A stretch of DNA of 44,711 nucleotides from NCBI GenBank assembly GCA_030167865.1, contig JALAGF010004961.1:62001-106711 (forward strand). The letters run 5' to 3'. The position numbers and the translations under genes are program-made. The notes beneath the pieces were generated by a model. The model saw nothing but the letters and a program-made list of their open reading frames with translations. It made no database searches and was not told where the DNA came from. Shown here in pieces: positions 1-9,051 of this stretch. Each line of letters starts with the position of its first letter. Position 1 is the first letter of the stretch. Source of the stretch: Craspedostauros australis (lineage: Eukaryota).

Positions 1-478
1 ATCTGCCAACAAGCGAGTTCTTTTTGTGTCGTGGCTGTTCTTCGTCAGCGACGCGTTCTCGTTTTCGCCACGACCAAACCGAATTCGATTCGGCGAGGAA
101 TTTTCCACTCATGTCTCGACCGTTCTCTTTCGTGTCACACTCAATAACGTCACGGGGGTTAAATTGTGTATTTCAGCGAGTGTGAATGTATAATTATATC
201 ACGTCATGAATATTATAATCGAAGTCGTTGACATTCGAGCCTGTCGAGTCGCTCGCTCACAATTAACACCCACAACATCAAGGCAAACCATGATGATGTG
301 GAGGGAGAAGCGAGAACGATGCTGAGAAGATCTTCTTCGTCATCGCCATTCCCTCCCACCACCATCAAGAACAATCATTTTCATCGCGGCAGCAACTGCC
401 TTCGACATTCCCACAATCAACGTCCAGGCGCCTGCGATTAAGCACACAAGTACCAATCAAGTACTGCGACGTGGGAAG

Positions 479-3070
479 ATGAAGACCTCCAACCGGACAC
501 TGCCAGCCAGAGGACAGACCAACAGTGCGAGAGCCAGTTCCCAACACGGCGCCGGTGAAGAATGCTACATGCCAGACGTCATCGTGGAGACAAAGTCGCA
601 TCAGAGCAGCATCTTGCCCAATGCCAGCAGCCTTTCGATGAGCTCCATCACTGCTAACTATCACAAAACTGCCACGCACAGCAACCGTGGCAGCAACAGC
701 AAGAATGCGGTAGGCCGGACGTCCAGATCCCACCTTGGCAAGTCGAGCGGGAGCAAGAAGACGCCACGCTCGCAACACATCAACACGACAGTGCCATCCA
801 TCGGTGATTTCCAGATCCTGGTCCAGTCCATGAGCGAACGCCCAGATGAGGTGTACGAAGTGTATGAGCGCATCAAGCAGGAGGAGAGCACAGCCAATCT
901 GTCCTTCGCAGCAGACGATGTGACGGAGGTGGTGTGCAACGTGGATCCTAATCGCAAAGTGGTTGTGGCGGCTGGTGCTGCCGTCTCCAGCGGCATGGAT
1001 CAGCGACAAGACGAGGAGGAGCGGGTCGGCACCGCAGAGAGAGTGGAGGTCATCGCAAGCACGAGCACAAACACAAGTGCAACGAAAACGAGCCGCAGCG
1101 CAAAGACCAACAATCCCCCAAAGAAGACCAACAGCATGAAGACGAGCGATGATGACTACTTGCACAGCATCATGCGCCGCTTGGACATCACCCCATTCCT
1201 TGATCACTTACAGCTCATGTCACAGCAGAAGGAATCCAAAGCCAGAAAATCGAAGTCATCAGCTGCACCATACACGCCGGCGCCCACACCGACATTCAAC
1301 GCCTCGTCCATTTCAGCATTAGGATCGTCAGCTTTCTCATTCGCATCGACGCCAATACCATCTCCATCAACAGACCCGAGGGCCGTGATCAGAACGCCTG
1401 TAAAAGCAAATGCAAAGACGACTGGGCCAACAAAGCCTGCGACGAATACGAATGCAAAGGCACCTCCAGCTCAAACGACGACCGCTGTCAAAACTGCAGC
1501 CGCACCAGCATCTATGGCAGTGCCGCCGCCTCCGCCACCGCGGCCCCCGCGATCGTCGGAACGAACCCAACCACCACCATCCCTCGGAAACTTCCCACCC
1601 ATGATTCAGGAGGTTCCTGTCCCAGATCCCAAGTTGCTCGCCAGATTGAAGGAACTGGAAAAGAAGCTGGAGAAGGACGCTTCTCGCGTCGAGGCCCTGG
1701 AGGAGCACAACCACGACCTCTTCAAAGATCTGGTGGAAGAGCGTCGCGCAGCAAGCACAATGAAGCTCACCAACGAAACTCGAATCGCCAAATCCATCGA
1801 AGAGACCAAACAGCACAAGCAATCCATCCACAAGCTGCAGGAAGAAATCGCTGCCATGAGGCTGGTGCAAGACAAGGTCGAAGCAGAACTCGAAGCCCAG
1901 ATCGGAAAGACCCAGATGCTCGCGAACTTGTTGCGCGATCAAGAAGAGCAGCACGAGCAGGACATGGCGACCCTCAAGGATAGCCATGCGTGGGATTTGA
2001 TGAGGTTGGATGCCAAGCAGGTGTTCAAGGATGCGGCGCGCGCTGGCAAGTCGCGATACATCAAGAAGGATATCGACGCGTTGGCGGATGAGATCAAGTT
2101 CCGCATCGTCCTCAACGAGAAGAACCAAGCCGAGATCAAGTCATTGAAGCAGGACGTCGTCGAGTTCAAGCAGGAGCTGAAAGACGAGAAGCAACGCAAC
2201 AGTCAAGCAGAGAAGATGAATGCATCGCTGAAGGAGACACTGCGCAGCGAACGCCACACCATCAAGCTCCTGTTCGATGCCAACGCCCATCTGCAATCCA
2301 TCGCCGACGACTACTCCATCAAGAGCTGCCAGCTGGAAGAAGCAACGAAGGAACTCAAGACATTGAAGGCCAGCAACAAGGAACAGGACAAGCTGTTGCA
2401 ATTCGTCACTGATGTTCTGAACAAGCGCAAAGTCCCCGCCCCATGCGTGAGCGAGGCGGGATCTTACGACGACATCAGCGAGAGAGATGCGTTCAGCAGC
2501 CGCAGCATCAGAACCAGCAACAGCGGCACTCTCTCCGTCCAAACAAGCAACTGTGAAGACAAGAGCCGCAATGGCAACAACGCTATCAAGCGTGCTACCA
2601 GCAGTCACTCACAACCATCCCCCGCTGTAGTCGCGGAGGAAACTGTTGACGTTGACGTTGTCATTGCCGAGACACAGTCTGTTGCCGCCAGCCCTGAACA
2701 AGAAGAAGAAGCCACTGTTGCTGCTCTGCATGAGAATGAAGATGGTGGTGACAACACAGACAATGTCGCGATGATCGTGGATGTTGTCGATATCGATGTC
2801 AACGAGGAAGATGAAGAAGACGATGACAATGGTGACGGTAATAATTGCAAGGACAACACCAATGCTGATGTTGGTGCCACGGCTGATGTCGACGTCGACG
2901 TCTCACCCGAAGTCGACAATGGTGCTGACACAGGCACAACCACGAACGCAGCCGCGCATTCGGATGCCACTGCCGACGACGACAATGTTGTTGTTGCAGT
3001 CGACACTGTCGGTGGAGACCATCCGTCTGTTCCCATGGACCCACCAGCCACGGATGCAAGCTCAGAATAG
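479..3070 (+). CDS. Uncharacterised 863-aa protein: S/T-rich disordered N-terminus, poly-Pro stretch, long central coiled coil, acidic C-terminal tail
   Basis: Long ATG-initiated ORF with coding-like codon use. It has heptad-rich E/K/L/Q segments (LLARLKELEKKLEK...ELKTLKASNKEQ), PPPPPPRPP and a D/E-rich tail. No recognisable catalytic motif. Confidence 0.8.
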   Translation: MKTSNRTLPARGQTNSARASSQHGAGEECYMPDVIVETKSHQSSILPNASSLSMSSITANYHKTATHSNRGSNSKNAVGRTSRSHLGKSSGSKKTPRSQHINTTVPSIGDFQILVQSMSERPDEVYEVYERIKQEESTANLSFAADDVTEVVCNVDPNRKVVVAAGAAVSSGMDQRQDEEERVGTAERVEVIASTSTNTSATKTSRSAKTNNPPKKTNSMKTSDDDYLHSIMRRLDITPFLDHLQLMSQQKESKARKSKSSAAPYTPAPTPTFNASSISALGSSAFSFASTPIPSPSTDPRAVIRTPVKANAKTTGPTKPATNTNAKAPPAQTTTAVKTAAAPASMAVPPPPPPRPPRSSERTQPPPSLGNFPPMIQEVPVPDPKLLARLKELEKKLEKDASRVEALEEHNHDLFKDLVEERRAASTMKLTNETRIAKSIEETKQHKQSIHKLQEEIAAMRLVQDKVEAELEAQIGKTQMLANLLRDQEEQHEQDMATLKDSHAWDLMRLDAKQVFKDAARAGKSRYIKKDIDALADEIKFRIVLNEKNQAEIKSLKQDVVEFKQELKDEKQRNSQAEKMNASLKETLRSERHTIKLLFDANAHLQSIADDYSIKSCQLEEATKELKTLKASNKEQDKLLQFVTDVLNKRKVPAPCVSEAGSYDDISERDAFSSRSIRTSNSGTLSVQTSNCEDKSRNGNNAIKRATSSHSQPSPAVVAEETVDVDVVIAETQSVAASPEQEEEATVAALHENEDGGDNTDNVAMIVDVVDIDVNEEDEEDDDNGDGNNCKDNTNADVGATADVDVDVSPEVDNGADTGTTTNAAAHSDATADDDNVVVAVDTVGGDHPSVPMDPPATDASSE

Positions 3071-3356
3071 AGTGAGCACCAAACACGATGTATCCAAACA
3101 GTTTGCATGCAAGTGACACCTCAATCGATTCGTCATCAGTTGAAGTAAATCAATGCATCGCAAACAAACTACCTTCCTCTTATCGTGCAGAGTACGAGTG
3201 AACAGCAAGTGCACATGCCATACATATAGTGGATAAGCTCAAACTATTAGTAAGTGTCAATGAAGTGAAGCAGTAACGTATCAGCTCCACTAACAACTCT
3301 ATTATATTCAATTAAGTTGGACAGCAACTTCACTCAAACTCCAAACATATTCTGCT

Positions 3357-4982
3357 CTATTCCATTTTGATGACCGAGCTCAACTTGTCCAAGACTTCAG
3401 CGACAGTGAGATCGATGGAATCAGTAGCAGCAGCATTGTTGTCGCTGTCGGTATCCTGACCCGCAATCATCTTGAGCAGGAACTGCAAACCCTTGACTGT
3501 CTTTTCTGCAAAGATCTTGTTCACGCCAAGGTAGTTGAATGTCAGATGCAGCCGGCCGCCAAAGGTCTGGACGTGCACCATGGTTGCTTGGGCGCCCGAT
3601 GGAGCCGGTGGTCTCTTGGCACCGCCGAAGAAGATGAGATCCTTGACCGAAAGGCCGTTGTCGTATTCGCCCTTGACTGGCGCAACGCCGATGGACGACA
3701 TCATCAATGCGTATGGTGGCATGGCGGCAGGATTGTTCATGAGACGGCGCAGCCATTCCTTGGGCTGTCCGTCATCCGCCGCCTTGCGCATCATACCGGA
3801 GGACTTGTTGGCCAAATCGGAGAGGATCTTGTCCGTGCTGCCGACGTCAAGCAGCTGCCACAATCCAGCCGAGCCGCACAGGCACGTATCGTCGAGGTGG
3901 TGGCTCTTCGCTTCCTTCTTGTCGCTGTTGGAGTCAGCAGGTGGTGGTGCTGCTGCTACCGTGGTCAACTTGCGACAATTCATGGGGATTTGGAATGGGA
4001 TCTTGCATGGCACAGCATGATCCAACAATGCCAGTCGCACCAGTCCGAAGGCGACGTTCAGCGCACCTTGGACGGTGGCTCCCTTGGCCTTGCAGTTTTC
4101 GCGCAGCTTCGCCGTCTCGGCCTCTGACAATTCAATGCTCAACGCCTCGATGGCACCAGAGTTGCTGCCTTCGTCAGGCTTGGGAAGCCCCTGCCGAGGC
4201 TCCTGTCGCAAGATCTTCGTTCCATCCTCGAACGTCAAATCGGACTTGCCAAGTGCTGCCTTTGTGATTTCCAAGTATGGGAAGTAACCGTCCTTTGGCG
4301 CGGCATCATCCTTCCCAACACTGGATCCATAGTCAGCGCCAAGGATGTGCGCTTGCAAGTCGATGCATCGCAGACAGGCGTCGGAAGATGACGCGCCCGA
4401 CCCTCCTTCGACCTTGATGCAGGAGCTTAGCTGACTCAAGAAGTATCTGACGACGGACAGGGTGCCTGGTCCATCGCTGACGGAATGGCACAGACATAGA
4501 ATCATTCGATACGCAACCACTCCTGGGGATGTGACCGTTGCCTTGTCGTCGTCCTTGTCGACGTTGCATTGGTAGAACTCCAAATTGTAGGACGACTTGG
4601 TCCATTCGACCTTCGTGGTGCCGTGCAACTGCAAGTGTTGCAGAAGCGAGATGGCGGCATCCCCGCTCGTGCTCCCGCTCTTTGCCTCGACGGGGACCTT
4701 CTCATGAAAGGCAATCTCGATGGCATCCTCAACCGAGGATGACTTCTCGATCGTGAAGCGCTGACCAAGGACACCTTGGCTGGCATCATCGTCACGAGCC
4801 TTGAGGCGCACTTGGAGGCACTCGTAGCGTGCCACGGTGTACTTCCAGGCCTGAGTGATGGCTGCCTTGCCAGCATCACCCGCAGCGTCGGGCATGGAGA
4901 AGGACACACCGGCATTGCACGTCATCGGGGCGAGTATGCACTCGTAGTCGTTGAGGTTTCGGATGGTCGTGAAGTCTGTCAT
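3357..4982 (-). CDS. CoA-dependent acyltransferase / stand-alone condensation-like domain protein (PapA5 / alcohol acetyltransferase-like), 541 aa
   Basis: Catalytic HxxxDG motif (LCHSVSDGPG, 4470-4487), N-terminal RNLNDYE, ATVQGAL after 'LRENCKAKG', P-x-N-x-R (IPMNCRK), SSIG, and C-terminal TFGGRLHLTFNY. These features are typical of this two-lobed acyltransferase fold. No introns needed. Confidence 0.75.
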   Translation of the reverse strand: MTDFTTIRNLNDYECILAPMTCNAGVSFSMPDAAGDAGKAAITQAWKYTVARYECLQVRLKARDDDASQGVLGQRFTIEKSSSVEDAIEIAFHEKVPVEAKSGSTSGDAAISLLQHLQLHGTTKVEWTKSSYNLEFYQCNVDKDDDKATVTSPGVVAYRMILCLCHSVSDGPGTLSVVRYFLSQLSSCIKVEGGSGASSSDACLRCIDLQAHILGADYGSSVGKDDAAPKDGYFPYLEITKAALGKSDLTFEDGTKILRQEPRQGLPKPDEGSNSGAIEALSIELSEAETAKLRENCKAKGATVQGALNVAFGLVRLALLDHAVPCKIPFQIPMNCRKLTTVAAAPPPADSNSDKKEAKSHHLDDTCLCGSAGLWQLLDVGSTDKILSDLANKSSGMMRKAADDGQPKEWLRRLMNNPAAMPPYALMMSSIGVAPVKGEYDNGLSVKDLIFFGGAKRPPAPSGAQATMVHVQTFGGRLHLTFNYLGVNKIFAEKTVKGLQFLLKMIAGQDTDSDNNAAATDSIDLTVAEVLDKLSSVIKME

Positions 4983-6138
4983 GATTGATTTGGATTGAGT
5001 TGAATCGCTGAATCGAATTGAGTTGAGTTGAGTTAATTTGAGATGAGATGAGCTTGGCGTTGTCGCTGCTTTATGACATGATCAACATCACTGCCTCTCT
5101 GGGTCGTACTCGTATGGTATGTACTACCTGCGCCAAATGTAAAGTGGGTCACCCAGCAACGTCGATGTACTATGTAAGATACGATGTCCTTCTCCCTCCC
5201 CTTATTGCTTTTTCTGTTTGAAGGTGTTGTGTCTGTCACGTTTGTTCGCTTCCGCCTTTACGTTCTTTTTCGTGATGTGTCTGTGCCAGTTCGAGCAACA
5301 CGACTGGGATCTTCAACGATTCCACGTTTGGCTTCAACATCGACAAGTGCACGACTGGATCCTGATATACATCCACGTTTGAGTTCCACCCAACGAGTTG
5401 CAGTCCACTGAGTCAAAAGACACATTTTTTCGTCATGTGATTGGATGTCGTGTACGTGTCGTATTCATCGCTTGCGACATCGCCACCTCGTGATATATAC
5501 GACTGGTTACTTAACGACTTAGATGGATTTGGAGATGCGTATCGGTCCGTTGAAGCCGACTATCATGCAGATACACATGGTGAGACAAACCTATCCGATG
5601 CGAGATGGCAGTGCACTCAACGACCCCACAAGATCGGTTGGCCATCACATCATGCGGACAACAACTTTCGCGAGGAAACGGCACGTCCAGCCGGCTCCGA
5701 CACCAACACCAACAACAGCACCAACACCAACGCATGTCCATCGAACGAGTACCCGTAGCCACCTGACGCGAGGAGGTACAGATACGCTACGACGCGATAA
5801 GTGTTGGAACAACAGGGCGTCGACCCAATCTGCTCCAAGAACCGTAGCACTGCTCTATTCCAAGGGAACAGCAACTTGATCCTACCACCCACCCATACTC
5901 TACTGCCGTCCTTCCTCACGTCAAACCTGTCAACGGACGCTCCGCAACAAACACTCACGCGCACGCTCATACTCATACTCACATCACAGCCCACTCCCAC
6001 ACCAACTCCAACCTCGAATCGATCTATTTCAAACCGTCCAACACTTTCGCACCTATCTCCACCCAAATAGCAACACACACTGAACTCACAACTCACAAAA
6101 TACCAGCACTTTGGAAGCGAACTCACTCAACATCGACA

Positions 6139-7512
6139 ATGAGCTGCTCAACATTCTTCTGCATGGGCTCCGCCCCAACCGCCTCCTCGGCAGCACGCGA
6201 GGAACTCGACTCCGCCACCGTCACGAGCGCCGACTTGCAGGCGGATGGTATCAGCAGAACCCGATCTATTGATCCAGACGGTGCCAAGGGTGAAACACCG
6301 CGCAAGACGGACTCACCCAAGGGCGTCGCATCCCTGTTCGATGCGGACGAGAAGCCAGTCCAGACCGAAGGGGAGACTGAGGAAGCCCCTGCCACGCCGG
6401 AACCAGAACAGAAGGACACCGCCAAGGCTCCAAAGAAGAAGGAGGATCCCACCGACGACGCCGACATCCAAACACCACCGTCCGTCATCAGCAAGGCATC
6501 CGGCGCTCGCACGCTCTTCGCCGGCGACGTCGTGAAGGAGGACTACGGCAAGCTGCGCCAAACCACCAGCGACAACCGTCACATCGCACGCCTCATGGAG
6601 GAGAACATCCGCAAGGAGTTCCAAATCTCCGCCCTCGAGGCATCGCTGGAGGCGCACAACCGCAACCCCAAGATGTGGGACCAGATGATGGAGGAGGAGA
6701 TCGCCCAGCTCAAGGCCAACCAGGTGCAGCGCGAATCCGATCTGCTGCAGAAGATCACGGCCTTCGAGAATCGCGTCGCATATCTCGAGGCCCACATCGA
6801 GAAGAAGGACCTGATGAGCGAGAAGCTGCAGAGGGAGCACGATCAGGAGATCATGGCCTTCAACCTGATCAGCGAACGACAGAACGAAGATTTCCAGGAC
6901 CGTCTGGGACAGGTGGAAGCCGCGAAGGCCTCGGTCATGGAGACCTTGAACACGCGCATGGAAGAGGCCGAGCAACATAAGTCGCAGATCCTCAGCACCA
7001 TGACGGCCAAGCTCGAGGAGGCCGAGATGCAACGCGAGGAGATCTCTACCGCCCTGATGGAGCGCGTGGCTCAGCTCAACGCTGCGCAGGCCCGCGTGAT
7101 GATGTTGGAGAACGAGATGCGGTTGCGCGATCTCATGAAGGAGGCCAACCTCAACAAAGCCGACAGCACCGTGGAGGAGGTCACCACCGAAGAGAAGGTG
7201 AACGACCAGGAATCCGCCGCCGCCGTGACCATCAGCACCGCCACGACCGAGCCAGTGCACACCATGATCGATGCCAAGAGCGACATCTCAGCCGCCATGA
7301 TGAAGGCGTCGCAGAAGACAGAGGAGGAGGATGACACGCAATCAAGACTGAACGCCGCCTTCGCCCGACTCGCGCAGCAGGCAGCCAAGGTCGGTGTTGA
7401 CGTTGACGATGTTGCGGAAACTGATGATGCCGACGGCGCCACCAGCATCCTGGACAACATGATTGATTCGAAACGAGCCGCAGAAGAGCCGTTGTCCATG
7501 ACATCGGAGTAA
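6139..7512 (+). CDS. Uncharacterised coiled-coil protein, 457 aa
   Basis: ATG ORF with strong C/G third-position bias, preceded by an AC-rich leader. It has an extended heptad region (EEEIAQLKANQ...LENEMRLRDL) and N-terminal MSCSTFFC. Confidence 0.82.
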   Translation: MSCSTFFCMGSAPTASSAAREELDSATVTSADLQADGISRTRSIDPDGAKGETPRKTDSPKGVASLFDADEKPVQTEGETEEAPATPEPEQKDTAKAPKKKEDPTDDADIQTPPSVISKASGARTLFAGDVVKEDYGKLRQTTSDNRHIARLMEENIRKEFQISALEASLEAHNRNPKMWDQMMEEEIAQLKANQVQRESDLLQKITAFENRVAYLEAHIEKKDLMSEKLQREHDQEIMAFNLISERQNEDFQDRLGQVEAAKASVMETLNTRMEEAEQHKSQILSTMTAKLEEAEMQREEISTALMERVAQLNAAQARVMMLENEMRLRDLMKEANLNKADSTVEEVTTEEKVNDQESAAAVTISTATTEPVHTMIDAKSDISAAMMKASQKTEEEDDTQSRLNAAFARLAQQAAKVGVDVDDVAETDDADGATSILDNMIDSKRAAEEPLSMTSE

Positions 7513-7674
7513 GTTTATGCTGAATACATGAAGCATATTCGGGTAGTCCATCGAAGGCAGTGATGAATGAAACAGACCAGGTCTTCAGGAAACCGTGTTC
7601 TGAAGACTACGACGATGACAAGAGTGAGTACAAGAGTGCATGTAGAAAGACAAGGTTTCACGGAGAAGCAAATC

Positions 7675-7693
7675 AGAGAGAGAGAGAGGAGAG
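7675..7693. repeat. (GA)n microsatellite
   Basis: agagagagagagaggagag is directly visible. Confidence 0.7.
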
Positions 7694-8659
7694 CAGGTGT
7701 GTGGTGTGGTGAACATCACGTGCCTGTTGTTAAGATGAGGCTGCAACAATGCAATGAACTGTAACTCTATAAAAGAACAACAATGACAACAACACTGAAT
7801 TGGCTTCGATGAGTTGCTGATGTCTCGAGATTCCCAACCGTCATTTTTGTTGTGATGGCCCTTTGTGTGTCGGGGGAAAAATTTTGGATTTTCGGCGGAG
7901 CGAGGTTCTTTGCCTCATCAATTTGTCACTCGTGCAGAGTTGGCACAAGAGCGGATAGTGAAACCAATGATCGGCATGGTGGAGAAAACAGGACGAACGA
8001 AAGTGTTTGACTTTTGGGTCTCGCTTGCACAGCATGTTTGAACATGGATGATGTACTCCATCATCTCGTTGTGTTGTGTTGAAATGGATTCCATTGCATT
8101 GGATTGGGGTCACTTTTTGAAAGTGTGATGGATGTTTCTTGAAACATCCGTACCGTGTGGTGGCGATGTTTTGAATTGGAAAGAGAGTTTACTGTACTGG
8201 ATTGAGTAACTGGAAGCAAGTTGTCATGCGAATGTGCAAGTGCCCATGGCCCGAATGCGTTCGCAACATGATGATGAGAAAGTTCCAACACCAATTTCAC
8301 CGCGGCAATGAGAAAGTGTGGTGTGGGACTAAATTCACGAATGGATGATGCGACACCGATACACATGCACGCTTGTGCGTTGGAAATCGTTGGCGTGACC
8401 GACCCCAATTAGGGTCAATCGTGTTGAAGAACCGACAAATTATTCCGGTAAGAGAGAGGTGCGCAACTCCAACACAAAAGTGAAGAAGCTGCATCCGCAA
8501 CCTCGACAAGAATCAGCGAGAGCAAGAAAAGGAAGAGAGAAGCAAGAAAGCGGAGAACGCCGCAAGCGCACACATACGCGTACTGGTGCGTAGGCAGTGT
8601 CACACACCCACACGCACACATCCATCCATCCGCCAAGAAGACCAAGAGAGAAACGAAAG

Positions 8660-8677
8660 GAGAGAGAGAGAGAGAGA
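8660..8677. repeat. (GA)n microsatellite upstream of the ankyrin gene
   Basis: gagagagagagagagaga is directly visible. Confidence 0.8.
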
Positions 8678-9051
8678 CCAAGACCAAGACAGAACGACCT
8701 CAGACAGACAGCAACAAGAAGTGAAGAACGAACGCAATTATCACGGAGGCGAGAAGTCAGTCAACCATCCTCAACTTGACAGCCACTTCATAGCTGTGCT
8801 CTGCGGCCACATTCTCGCGCCATTCACACCCGTCCATCTCCATCCACAAGAGGAGCTGGGATGTCCTGTTGAGACATCCGCGTGAGCACATTCGCCAGAA
8901 CCAGCCTCCACAGAGAGACAGAGAGAGACGCCATTGTTCTTGCCATACCATACCAATACTCACGGCAACAACAGCAACAGCAGCAACAACGACGACTACG
9001 GCTGCATCATCTCCATCCGGCAGCCGCTGATCAAGGAGCGCGCGATCCAAG

